A stretch of 64,000 bases of DNA from Dimorphilus gyrociliatus. Its lineage: Eukaryota > Animalia > Annelida. This document shows, piece by piece, positions 22,626 to 35,199 of this stretch. The first letter of the stretch is position 1, and every line of letters starts with the position of its first letter. Location: contig CAJFCJ010000015.1 in the NCBI GenBank assembly GCA_904063045.1, positions 1,061,034 to 1,125,033 on the forward strand, in the 5' to 3' direction. The notes beneath the pieces were generated by a model, which saw nothing but the letters and a program-made list of their open reading frames with translations, was not told where the DNA came from and did no database searches. The position numbers and the translations under genes are program-made.

Positions 22626-24757
22626 TTCATGGAAAAATTCCATGAACATATTTCAAATACATATTTCAAATTTATGATTAATTGTTTCTTTTTTTTATTT
22701 CACATTCATGTTTTAAAATATTAAAATATGTTATCTTTTTCTTATCATTGTTTTATTATACATTATTCATAATTTTAAAGCTAAAAAGTTAGTGTTATCT
22801 TGGTTTTCAAAAGTATATCTATGCCAAAAAATGTATTAATATATTTAACATTCTCTTCACTGTTTGTTCGTCTACGTCATAGAATAGGCCAACTAAACAA
22901 AAATTTAGCAACTAGATCAAAATACAGGTTTTAAACTATGGCTTCCAGAGAAAGGAAAAAAAACTGAATGCTTCACGTGACTATCACATGACGATCCAAT
23001 GTTACAAGAAGCAAAGAAATTACATTCCATAAATAAACAGTAACGAATGTAAAGTATGAATGCTTAAATTGAAATGGTTGGCTATAACTATCGAAAATAT
23101 TTCGGTAGTGAGGTAATCGTTACACATACAGCGTACAAACTAGCCTTTAAAGAGTACACTGTTTACCATATGACTAAGTAGAAATTTCGTAATGGCTTTA
23201 TAAAATTTATCAAATAATTAAATAATTAGTTGAAATGAGAATTGAACGATAAAATAGATGTATTTATCATATTATAATTATAGAAATATTCTATATTTAC
23301 GAAGTATTATGACAAGCTTCGCGCTTTCAAAAATTCAGGCTATGTTAGATTCTAGAAGATATTTTTTTCTTTTTTTTACATAAAAAACTCAAGTACTTCC
23401 CTACCTCTGCTCTATGTTAGTTTATAAAGTAACTACACAATTAGTTCTGATAAAATTGCCTCCCCTTTTTTCCCAATCTATCTCTTTCTTTCTGTGTATA
23501 TCTTGCATTAATTAATAAAAGGCCTAACCTTACTACTTAATTTGAATGTTATACACATATTACTAATCTACATAGATATATGCTTTTGTAGTAATACGAT
23601 TATGAAGCATATAGATAACGAATGTGACTTTGTTTATCATCTGTGCTTCTTTTTTTTGATGTAATCAACACAATTTCTATGAACGAAATAGTCAGAATTC
23701 AGTCAAGTATTATTTACTAGCGATTTATCAATACAAGAAGTCTTCATTAACCTCTTAACTGTTTCTTTTTTTAAATAGTTTTATTACTTATTTGACATAG
23801 AAGGCCTAGATTCTCACATTTTTTTAGTTTGTTTATTACGTAATGCGTTTTGGAAATTTCATATATCAGCTGTTTTCTCTTTTTTTAACTTCGGTATTTT
23901 TTTTCTTTGATATACCAGTTTTGTCTGTTAGGCTACTATTGCTCTTTAGACTTAACTTTGGATTAACTGTTAATATGTAATCATAGGCTTTTAAAACTAT
24001 TAATATGTTGTGTAATAAATATTAAAGGAGAACAGGAGTAGTAGCATAAGTGAATTAGATATTTATAGATATAGAATATTGTAACTGTAACAAAAATATT
24101 CAAATATTGTTATTTTATACGAATACAATACTAACTTCTTTCTAAAATATAAACTTTACGTGTTTCCTTATATAGAACAAAAGTAATATTGTGTGCTTTG
24201 GCCTATTTTCCCATCTAGTTACATTCATCTTTAAAGATTCTAAAAAGAAAAAAAATTGAAAGAAAAAAGAATCTATTTATACTATAGTTATATAAAAAAA
24301 AGAGAGAAATACCCTGTCCTGATTTTCAACCTCTATGTTAGAAATAGAAAATAGCCAAAATGTTCTTTTTATTGCGTAATAATAAAATATATACATACTA
24401 AATTTATTTGGAATGTTTGAAGGAAAACTTTTGTTATTTTATTACTATTTGAAAATCAGATAAAATTATATTTTATAGCATTCTTAAGTGAATTTATAAG
24501 TTTCTTTTAATTCATTTTAAGTAAGTCAAATACGAGAAGGTTAGATGAAAAAAATTTAGTCTGCTAAGTGTTTATCACGTGATATAAGTCAACAAAAAAG
24601 TGTCCTGACCTCTATACTAGCAGAATATTGTTACCTGCTATAAAATTGAAAAGAACCTTAAATTAAATAAAAATTCTTGTGCTTGCTGATGAATTTTTGG
24701 TGAAAATCACTTGACCCTCACTTTGTAGAATAAAGTTTAACTCTTTATTCTTCAGCC

Positions 24758-27700
24758 ATGCCGAAAGTACTGTCATATACTATTAACGACGGTGTTGCTG
24801 TCGTCACTGTCGATACCCCAAATTCTAAGGTACAAAATGTTTGTTATTTAATATATGAACATACGAGTAACTTTTGATTTAGCAAATCGTTTGTTGTTTT
24901 TGGTTAAATGTGAATTTATTTATGGTTGATTGTTTCTCAGGTTAATACACTTTCCATAGACAACGCAGATGAATTTAAAGAAGTTCTAAATATTTTGAAA
25001 AATAACGATGATGTAAAAGCGACTGTACTTATATCAGGAAAGCCTGATTGCTTTTTTGCAGGAGCAGATATTAAGTAAGTTAATACACTTAATCATTCGA
25101 AACATCTAAGTATTAAAAAAAAAGGTAGTGTCCATATCCTATGTAGTATAATATTAATAAATTAGCTCATTCGACAGAGGTATGTTCATATATACACAGT
25201 ATATGTACAGAATATAAGAAAAAATACTGCTATTATTATGTTAATACTTATCTTTTTGACCATTTTACAAATGAGATCTGATTATCGCTAGCCAGATTGT
25301 GGTAGGCTTGTTTATTTTTGTCTATTTCGATGTTCCAATTGTTATCAGTTCTACTCTACACAGAGGGTGAAGAGTTGCTTTACAGAGATATCTTACTTAA
25401 TAATCAATCATTCAATCAAAGTTCAAATAGAGTATTACCAAAATGCATCAAAGGTTAGGAGTAGTAAAGTTGCAGAACTTAATAAACTGGTAAAAGTTCA
25501 ACGAGAGTAGATGGGGGGCTAAGAGTAGATAATTGGAAATTTAAGAATTGCCGGATAACATGAAATCATCATTTGACTAATAATGTATTATAGTATGCTA
25601 GAATCATGTAAGACTGCTGAAGAAATACAACATTTGTCAAGAATATGTAAAGGAACTTTTAATGAAATAGCTGAAAGTAAAAAACCAATTGTAGCAGCTA
25701 TAATGGGTCAATGCTTAGGTGCCGGACTTGAGGTATATAATATAATCCTTTTGGGTATTCATTTGCACTAATTTGTGATTAATTATCAGACAGCCTTAGC
25801 CTGTCATTATCGAATAGCTGTCAGGGACAAAAAAACTGTTTTAGCTGTACCGGAAGTGATGATTGGTCTCCTGCCTGGAGCTGGTGGAACGCAAAGACTT
25901 TTGCGCTTAGTAAAAGAGAAAATTAAAATTATATACTTTAAATACCTATCTAAAAAAATTTTTACATTCTCTAAAGCTATCTCTTCCTGATGCATTTGAC
26001 ATGATGCTAACGGGAAAGAATATACGCCCTGATAAAGCTAAGACAATCGGTCTAGTACACATGCTTATTGACCCGAAAGGAGCTTCAGATTCAAAAGAAT
26101 CGAAAGAAGCTACAAGAAAACATTTGGAACAAGTTGCAATTGAAACAGCCAAGGGCTTAGTAGACGGTTCAATTCAAGCATTACCAAGGAGAAAGGGATG
26201 GGTAGAAAGTATATATTAATATATTTCTTATCTATTAGATTATAATCTTCTAAATTCTATTTTATTTCAAAATGCAGCCATTACTGAATACATAATGTGG
26301 TTTAATTTGGGTAGATATTTCTTTATGACACAAGCTCGAAATAGGGTAATGAATATGACGCAAGGCCACTATCCTGCACCATTAAGAATATTAGATGTTG
26401 TTGAGGAAACACTAAAGAGTGGTTATGAACGAGGAAACCAGTTAGAAACCAGATATTTTGGAGAATTAGGTGTAACAAAAGAATCAAAAGCTCTTATTGG
26501 TTTGTTTCATGGGCAGACGCACTGCAAAAAGAATCACTATGGTTCCCCTAGTCCTATTAAGTAAAAAAATTAATAAACCTCCAGTTTCATAATTAGTAGG
26601 TCACTAAATAATACAATTTTCTGCTTTGTTAGAAAAGTTGGTATACTGGGAACTAATTCTATTGGTGCTGGTATTGCAGAAATAACCATTTTTAAAGGTT
26701 ATCCTCTTTCACTGTATGATAAATCAAAGGAAAATTTAGAACAAGGTTTAATATATATAAAGAACAATCTCAAGCAACGAGTTTTAAGGAAACAAATAAG
26801 CGATAATGAAAAAGACAAATTGGTATCTAAATTGGAGACTGGCACGGAATTGGAAAGCATATCAAATGTTGATTTTGTTATTGAAGCTTCAACTGAGAAT
26901 TTTGATAAAAAATGCAAACTTTTACTTGAAATTGAGTCTATAGTAAAGCCGTCTTGTGTCATAGCTGTCCAAACATTATTTAATCCCATCGAAAAAGTAG
27001 CAAAAAGTGCAAAGCGACTCGATAAGGTTAGTTTGTTTTTTTTATTGTAGTCGTATCCTTTTCGTTTTTTTAGGTTAATACTTTATTTCCTATTATTTCC
27101 TTATTCAGATAATTGGTATGCACTATTTCTCACCACTGGCAAAGTCACAGCTATTAGAAATTGTTTCATCCAAGAGTGCAACCAAAGAAACCATAGCAAC
27201 TGCAGTGGATTTAGGTTTAAAGCAGGGGAAAATTGTGATTGTTGTTGGCGATGGACCTTGCTTTTATACAACTAGAATTTTATGCATTCTCGTAGATGAA
27301 TTAGTAAGTATATTAAGAGAAGGAATAAAACCAAAACAATTAGAGGATATGACAAAAAAAATAGGTTGGCCTATGGGATTATGCTCGGTTGTTGATGAAT
27401 TTGGCATTGATAATATTTATGAGGCCTCAAAGGTTCTCTGTAGTCATTATGACGAAAATCTTTTGTCAAAAAACCTCATTATCCTAGAACAATTGGTTAA
27501 GAAGGGAATGCTTGGTAAAAAAATTGGCTTAGGCTTGTTTGAATATGATCCTACAAGAAAATTAAGTATAGACAATCCTGCTGCCATTAAAATAATAGAC
27601 GATAATAAAATTTCACCTAAGGAAAGGTGATAAGAGATTTTATTTTTAAGTAAAAAGAAACTATTTGATAATCTATCAATTGTCATTTTTTTTCTATAGT

Positions 27701-28048
27701 TTGACTACTCAAAACATACAATGGCGTTTAGTGTCTAGAATAATTAATGAAGCAGTTTTATGTCTGGAAGAAGGAACTCTAAAATCCCCTTTGGACGGTG
27801 ACATAGGTGCAGTATTTGGTCTAGGCTTTCCACCATTCTTAGGAGGTAATACCGAACTATTATTTAAATAATTCCCTTTCACTAAACTCGTATTTTTGTT
27901 AGGACCCTTCCGTTATTTAGACATACACGGAGCTGAACAATTAGTAAAGAGAATGGAAAACTTTCGAAAAGTTTATGGAGACGCTTTCAAGCCTTGTAAA
28001 TTACTTATTGAACATTCAAAAGATTCAAAAAAACTGTTTCGTTCCTAA
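24758..28048 (+). CDS. HADHA-like: Divergent HADHA (trifunctional enzyme alpha) paralog
   Basis: Ten exons (24758-24829, 24941-25074, 25594-25732, 25790-25909, 25977-26208, 26278-26560, 26633-27026, 27109-27626, 27700-27845, 27903-28048) splice into one frame collinear with the HADHA at 35428: [36 protein letters not shown]. Confidence 0.9.
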
Positions 28049-28632
28049 TTTGAATAATTAATGAATGAAAAGAAATAAAAAACCTCTCCAATCAAAGAAA
28101 ATATAGGAGTTTTTAAAGACCCTATTTATTTTACTCGATATATTAACGTCTAGTTGTTTGATGATAAAATTCAATTTATTCCTTAGAGCTTTCAAATGAT
28201 TGACGTCTCTTTATCCTGGGAGTTGATAGTTTTTGATCTATCTTTAGATGACGATTTTTTTAAAGTAGTTGTCGCACGATTATTTCCAAAGGATATTCAA
28301 CCAACTGGCTTATAGAATCTATGAATTTTATCCTAAATTACACATTTATCTTAATGATAATAAAGCTTTCATAAATATATTTAGTAGTTCTCCACTCAAA
28401 GCAGTTCAATTCCTTATTGTTTAACTGATCAATTGAACTTTTTTCTAAGTTCTTGCAAAGAGAGTATCTTAATCAGGTGTTTAAGTGTTAAAAAAATAAT
28501 ATGGTTGTTATTACTTTTATCGTTAAGACTTATAAATTTTGCAAAAGAATGAACTTGAATTTGAATATATTACTAATAAGGCATTTTTTGATATATCTAT
28601 CATGATTGGAACCAGTAGCTAACTAGATATCC

Positions 28633-29520
28633 TTATTGGTTTGTGATTCGGGCAGTATTGGTTCCAGGAGTCTTAAATCTAGATACCCATTGATGACTTA
28701 ATATTTCTCTAACTGTCATTCGATCTCTATTCTCCTTTTGACAAATGCTGACAATTAAACTTTTCACTTCCTCTCTTACTGCCCTTGTATGAGGAAAATT
28801 CGGTCCTCTAAGGGCCTCTGAAAGGAGAGTTTGATAGGTGGCATCATTGAATGGTAAGGTACCATACATCATTACATATAATATAACACCTAACGCCCAG
28901 ATGTCACTTTGTGTTGGATGATATGGCTTGCACATTAAAATTTCAGGCGGCACATATGCATAACTACCGCAGTAGGTTTCGCTCAAAACTGGCCTACCAT
29001 CTTCTGTCCAAATCTGAGCTCTAGCAAAGCCGAAATCGGCTAATTTTATATCCCAATTACTATCAAGCATAAGATTTTCGCATTTCATATCTCTGTGAGC
29101 AACGCCTCTTGAATGAATATATTGAACTGCACTTGACATTTGATAAAACCATTTCCCTGCCCTCTGCTCGTCAATAACTCTCTTTTTTCGAATCTCCTCT
29201 AGTAGATCTCCATTCGTAATTTTTTCCATGATTAAGTAGACGTGATTCGTTGTCTCAATTGATTGAAAGAATCGCACAATATTAGGATGCTTAAGGAGTC
29301 TAGCGACATGCAATTCACGTGGCATAAAGGTATTAATATATTCTCGAGGAGCCAATTTTTTAGAAACAATCTTAATTGCCACGTCCGTTCCATGGCGTTC
29401 TGAAGACGCACTTAGAACTTCTGCATAAGTGCCTCTACCTAATGTTTGACCTAATCTATAACCGTACATTTCTAGAACACTCCTCTGTTGAGGCTGTTCA
29501 TTAGTCGATGGTGGAACCAT
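28633..29520 (-). CDS. TSSK: Testis-specific serine/threonine kinase (TSSK4-like), intronless
   Basis: GRGTYA, VAIK, FMPREL, IETTNHVYLIME, AGKWFYQ, HRDMKCEN, DFG and SETYCGSYAY.PPE are TSSK-family features. Confidence 0.88.
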   Translation of the reverse strand: MVPPSTNEQPQQRSVLEMYGYRLGQTLGRGTYAEVLSASSERHGTDVAIKIVSKKLAPREYINTFMPRELHVARLLKHPNIVRFFQSIETTNHVYLIMEKITNGDLLEEIRKKRVIDEQRAGKWFYQMSSAVQYIHSRGVAHRDMKCENLMLDSNWDIKLADFGFARAQIWTEDGRPVLSETYCGSYAYVPPEILMCKPYHPTQSDIWALGVILYVMMYGTLPFNDATYQTLLSEALRGPNFPHTRAVREEVKSLIVSICQKENRDRMTVREILSHQWVSRFKTPGTNTARITNQ

Positions 29521-30172
29521 CTTTCACACCCACAAAACACAGCTATAATCTATCCTCAAGGTCAAAATTTTTTGTTGCCCCTCTTTTTCATTTGAAATTT
29601 AAAAGTTTTCCCTGATGTCTTCATTTTAAAGATGTCAGCCTAGACTATCTACGAATGCCATAAATAACCAAAGAACTATTAAAAGAAAGCATAGAAAATT
29701 TAGTAAGGTGTCATACAACATTGTTGATAGACGTTTCAACGAAAACACCATGTTCTTTAGTGGTATAAACTGATTTAATGTACGTTAAATCGTGAAAACT
29801 GTATTATTATATGATATTTATTTAATTTTAATTATTTACATTGATTTCAAAAATATTTGTAGATAATTCGATTGGTAAATATTCCACGATTCGTTCGAAA
29901 TAAATAACCTATTTTGCTTCATCTTCTCTCTGAATAATAATCTTATTTTATTCTTTATATAATTTCGTCTTTTATGACTTTCATTCTCTTCCTTTTCTAA
30001 TTAATTAATGGCTGTTTATATCCTTATAGAACATTTTTTCAGCTTTTATCGCCAGGGAAATGATTTCAAATATCTGGCGCTAAACGGAAATTACACGTGA
30101 CCTCTCACATGACGTGCAAAATGGTACTCGAAGATTGAATTTTTCTCTCTCTAAATAAATTCTAAATAAATT

Positions 30173-31652
30173 ATGGCTACAACTTTGGGAAGGTTTAAAA
30201 ATGCCATGTCTAAGGTAATCGTAAATTTTAGCGGACCAGCAAATGGAGCGGATAGTTACTCAGAAGCCGAGAAGTGAGCATAAATAAGGATTTATCAAAT
30301 ATAGGAAGTATGTTAACTTGCATATAAATTATAACAGATATCTACAATACTCGAGACCAAAGTTCTTAAACTTGACGGAAGATGAGGTAAAGGCTTCAGC
30401 AGACCATTCCCTTCGTCCCATTATCGTACCTAGAGAAACTGGTCAGTCAACATCTAACGTCTGTTTCGGTTACGCTGAGTATGTTAATCACATTTCAGTG
30501 GAAAATGCAATATTAACTCCGTATGTAGGTGCATTAATGCAGGTAAAAGCGACCTAAATGAAGACCAAGCTCACGTTGATAGAATTCTGATATCGCAATT
30601 ACCTGAGGAAGAGGGGAGCGGAGTACGTTTCATATATTTAAAAAATAATCCCCTTCAATTAATTAGTATTATGAACCTAGGATAAGGATGAGCCGATTGA
30701 ATGTGAGTATTTTGGAATTTTTGATGGGCATGCTGGAAGTGGTGCTGCCTTATTAGCTAGAAATTTTCTTCAAGATCATCTGCAAGAGGAATTGTGTAAA
30801 GTGAAGAGTCTCCTCTTCGCAGATAGACCTGCCTGCACTTGTCTTGGACCGACGATTATAAAGCATGATGATTTGATTATTGGTGCCCTCGAGCAAGCAT
30901 ATGCTAGGACGGATGAAAAAATCAAGCAACTGAGAGCCAGCGGTGGATGTACGGCACTAGTCGTTTTAAAATTTAAGAATGTAGTGTATGTTGCCAACGC
31001 GGGTGATTCTAGAGCTGTCCTTATTAGAGGCGACGGTTCCCCGCCAGAAGCTCTTTCATTCGACCATACGCCTGACTCAGAACGCAATAGACTAGAGGAG
31101 GTTGCCGCGCTAAAACCCCATCTATTGCATGGTGTGTTCACGGCAGATTTATGGCAAAAGAGGCCATCAGCGAAAGACGTTGGCTCTTGGTTTCTGTGTA
31201 AACCAGCTGGCAAGAAGGGCTGGATAAAAAAAAAGGTTGAAGAAGAAGACTTGAAAAGTCCTCTTATTTTTGGTAGCGCCAAGAAAGCTAGACTATTAGC
31301 CACAATAGGCGTTACAAGAGGGTTAGGAGATCATTTTCTACAAGTACAATCTACAGATATATATATAAAACCTTTCCTAAGCTCCAAGCCTGAAATTCGA
31401 AAATTAGAATTAGAAAAAGACGACCTTATAGTCATGGCGACTGACGGTCTTTGGGATGTCGTTAGTAACCAAAGTGCCGCGGATAAAATTAGAAACGTTT
31501 TAAAACAACACGAAGAAACTGATGGTCGTCGATATAATGCTCTAGCTTTAGAACTAGTCATGCAGGCTCAAAATGCCGATGTCTCTCCAACTGGACAGCT
31601 ATCGCTGGACGATATAAGCGTCTTTGTAGTTCCCATGGACAGTGCCATTTAA
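30173..31652 (+). CDS. PPM1H: PP2C-family phosphatase PPM1H/PPM1J-like
   Basis: Spliced: YSRPKFL.L..DEV..SADHSLRPIIV..GYAE|CINAGKS..NEDQA..|FGIFDGHAGSGAA..GGCTAL..VANAGDSRA..LLATIGVTRGLGDH..MATDGLWDV..SLDDISVFV. Confidence 0.9.
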
Positions 31653-32199
31653 AATGAAAAAACACAACCAAATTTTAATCTACACTCCTATGTCACTATT
31701 GTTAATCTCAAACAGAAAAAGAAAATTCCGTTATCATTTATCTATTTTTGTACGAAATCATGTAATTAGATGTGAACGCTAAGAAGTAAAGTGGAATAAA
31801 GGTTTCTTTGAGTTCAAATAACTTACTTGAAATTCGTTAACACTAATGTATCTTATACGTCTTCATATAACACAAAAACACTTTCATACTTTCTCGTTTA
31901 CCGGATCCCGCAGTTAATGCTATTTCATGTAGTAGGGATTTTTAATTATGAAAGACTCTTTTCCTGTCTTTGTCTGTTTATAGAAAACAGGATATAAAGT
32001 ATAGATATATAAATATATATATACTGTATCCAGTAGATAATTATATTAATGTATAATATACTGTATATAAAATTTCTTTTATTAGCAATGGAAACATGTT
32101 GCATTGTTTTGTCTAGGGCTTTCGTTTCCTTTTCATTTGAAAAGAAGAGAAAATGAAAACAAAAAATTTAACTAAATGATAGAATGTTCAAATTATCCT

Positions 32200-34897
32200 T
32201 TATGGATATCGCTCGACAAGCATTGCGTGTCCTTGACCTCCAGCTGCACAGGCAGCAATCAAAGCGAATTTTCCATCTTCCTTGATTAAACGATTAGCAG
32301 CTGTCGTCGCCAGACGAACACCTGTCGCTCCGAAGGGATGGCCTAGGGAAAGGGAACCACCCCACAAATTGAATTTTTCCAAAGGTGGTGCTCCTGGTTT
32401 TGCGCTTCTCTTCATGTACTTCTTGGCGAAATGATCACTATCTAGAGCCTTTAAGTTAGATAAGATTTGACCCTGTAAAAAAGCAATTCATTTTTAGTAT
32501 CCTATATGCAGTGTATATAATATTTATATTAAGATAGCATTTAATCATCATTGTAATAAACAGTGATTAATCAACTTTTTATGAAAGAGAGTGCAATTTC
32601 AAAGAATATGTTGACGTACCGCAAAAGCTTCGTGATATTCGAAAACATCAATATCTCCCAAGTTAAGTCCAACCTTTTCCAACAAGCGAGGAGTTGCATA
32701 TGCTGGTCTAAATAAATAAATATTGACAGTGTTATAAAAATGAACTGGAACAATAACCTAATTTTTTTAAAATTCTTACGAAAGAAGCAATTGATCCTTA
32801 GGATCCTGAGACACATAAAGGAAGTCTCTCAAGTAAGCTTTAGGTTTCAATCCCAATTCTTTAGCCTTAGCTTCCGTCATTATAAGACAAGCTGAAGCGC
32901 CGTCCGTCTAGTATTCAATACAATAAAAGTATGTTTTAAAAGGATTATTAATATTTATTACCAAGAAAGATGAATTAGCTGCTGTAATTGTTCCATGTGG
33001 TTTGATAAAAGCCGGTTTTAATTTTGCCATTTGTTCCATAGAGCTTGGTCTAACTCCATTGTCTTCTTTGATCACTTTTTCTTTACCGGGTATTTTAAAA
33101 GAAAGAACATCAGTCAAATAGCCATTATCGATGGCTTTTCTTGCGAGAGTATGGGAACGAAGAGCAAACTCATCCTAAGATGGAACATAACAGAAAAATG
33201 TTTGCTTTTACAAGTGATTTTTAATTGGATAATGGTATTTAATACTTGTTCTTTACGGGTGACGCCGAAAGCTGCGCATAATCTGTCAGCGGAGTGACCC
33301 ATAACCTCATTTGTGGAGAATTCGGCAACAGCCGGTAGCTATAAAAGAAACAAATAGTAGTCTAAATACTTAGCTGATAAAAATATCCTTTTTTGAAAAA
33401 TTAATGAATTTACCTCAGGTGTAAGAGCTTTACCAGAAAGCATCTTCATTGCGATGCCTAATTTATCGCCTGTAGATTTCTTACGGTTCAACTGTTGCCA
33501 CAAATATATATAAATATAACGTATATATATGTACAGTATATATAATTTTATAATAAGCAAAAGAATAATCTTACATCAAACATCAATGATCTCATATAGC
33601 GACTATGACGAATTGGAACATCAGACATAAATTCAACTCCACCAGCAATTGTAATACTAGCTTGACCAGAAGCCAAAAGTCCAATACAGGTAGAAATAGC
33701 CTGATTAGACGAGATACAAGCTTGAGTTACAGTGTGTGATGGGGTAAATTCCGAAAATCCAGCTCCCAAAGCAGCCTTAAAGACAAAATATGATTGTTAT
33801 ACTAGATAATCGATTAATGTGAGTCAAGTATCTTTTACTATTTATTATCGGTCAGTTAAAATTTTACTAAAAGAGATAATTAATTACCTCTCTTGCTATG
33901 TTACTAGTCTTAACTTCTTGAATTACTGTTCCGCAAACGATGTAGTCTACGATATCTGTATAAAATAACACTTATGCTAAATTAATAGAAGTATAAAGTA
34001 TATAGATGACCTTTAGAAATTCCTGTCTTTTTGGCTAATCCTCTGTAAATAAACAATAAAGAGTAAGTAAAAATTGCTCTCTAATTAGTATCAGTTTTTA
34101 GAACTTACTGAAGAGCTAATCTCTGTAAATCGTGGGCCATCATATTTTTGTAATCGGTCCATGCTTGAAGAAATGGAGTTCGAACACCGTCGATTAAGAC
34201 AATATTCGGTATACCGGATCTCTCAAGCGATTTAGGCTTAGCTATGTAAGATAGAAGACAGTGACGTTAGAAATATATTTTGTATTAATTCATTTTTATA
34301 TAATCCACTTACATGCTGATGCTTTCGTTGCAGATGCAGTTGCTGCAGTTCTGATAATATCTATTGAAAAGTTAAAAAGAAGAAGTTAACGGCACTTAAT
34401 CTCTGTATTCTTACATTTTTGAGGGAATGATAACAGTAGATAACCTTCAGATAATATAGGATCTAGTTTATAACCTTAATAGTTAAGAATGAAGATAATT
34501 GGAATTTCACTATATAACTTACGACTACTACTTAATAATGAAAATGAAGAGAAATCTTTTATATCCTTTATAATATTTAAAAAAAACGAGTTTTTTCAAA
34601 GAAAACTAACATTTAACATAATAATTCGTTAATTAAATACTTTTTCCATCATTTTATAAAAATAATTGATGAAATATTTTTTACTTCAGTATTTTAGATT
34701 AAAAATGACTTAATAAAAATTAGATTTAACATCTGAATGGGTTGTTTACTGTCATAATGTCTATTTATGTGAAAAAGTTCCCACAATAACAATACACATA
34801 CAATTAAAAAAATTTTTGGAATGTTAATATATAAAATTTTAAACTTACTTTTACGAATGTTATTTAAAAGTTGAATTTTCGGTCTTGATAATGACAT
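32200..34897 (-). CDS. HADHB: Mitochondrial trifunctional enzyme beta subunit (3-ketoacyl-CoA thiolase)
   Basis: [34 protein letters not shown] (catalytic Cys), [22 protein letters not shown] (His), AACAAGGQG (Cys). The exact N-terminal exons are uncertain; a probable non-coding exon lies near 35093-35200. Confidence 0.93.
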
Positions 34898-35199
34898 GGT
34901 GTTTCTTCAAATTCTTTACCTGTTCATAAATAGAGATCTAAATAAGAGAAAATTGTTGTGGATTTAAGTTGTCCCGGTTTATGACCTTATGAAAATTCAA
35001 TATTTACAACATCGGCTAAGTAAAAGTTAACTCAAATATTGCAATTATATACTAAATAAAATTTCTCTTAGTATGGTCAATCAAACACTTACTTCAAAGT
35101 TCAAAAGTACTTTATATAGCTGATTTTGAAGATGGAATTGGCCAACTGCAAATATTCGTCTGCTACGCGTAGCAACATAAGACACGTGACCATATTTTG

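Noticed and set aside
22700-24500. Long AT-rich intergenic stretch examined for transposon or RNA-gene signals
   Set aside because: No terminal inverted repeats, transposase or RT remnants, or tRNA/snRNA-like structure seen; only the E-box pair noted in findings.
28020-28048. Possible peroxisomal targeting of HADHA-like
   Set aside because: The C-terminus is FRS, not an SKL-type PTS1, and it closely matches the canonical copy's FRSD.
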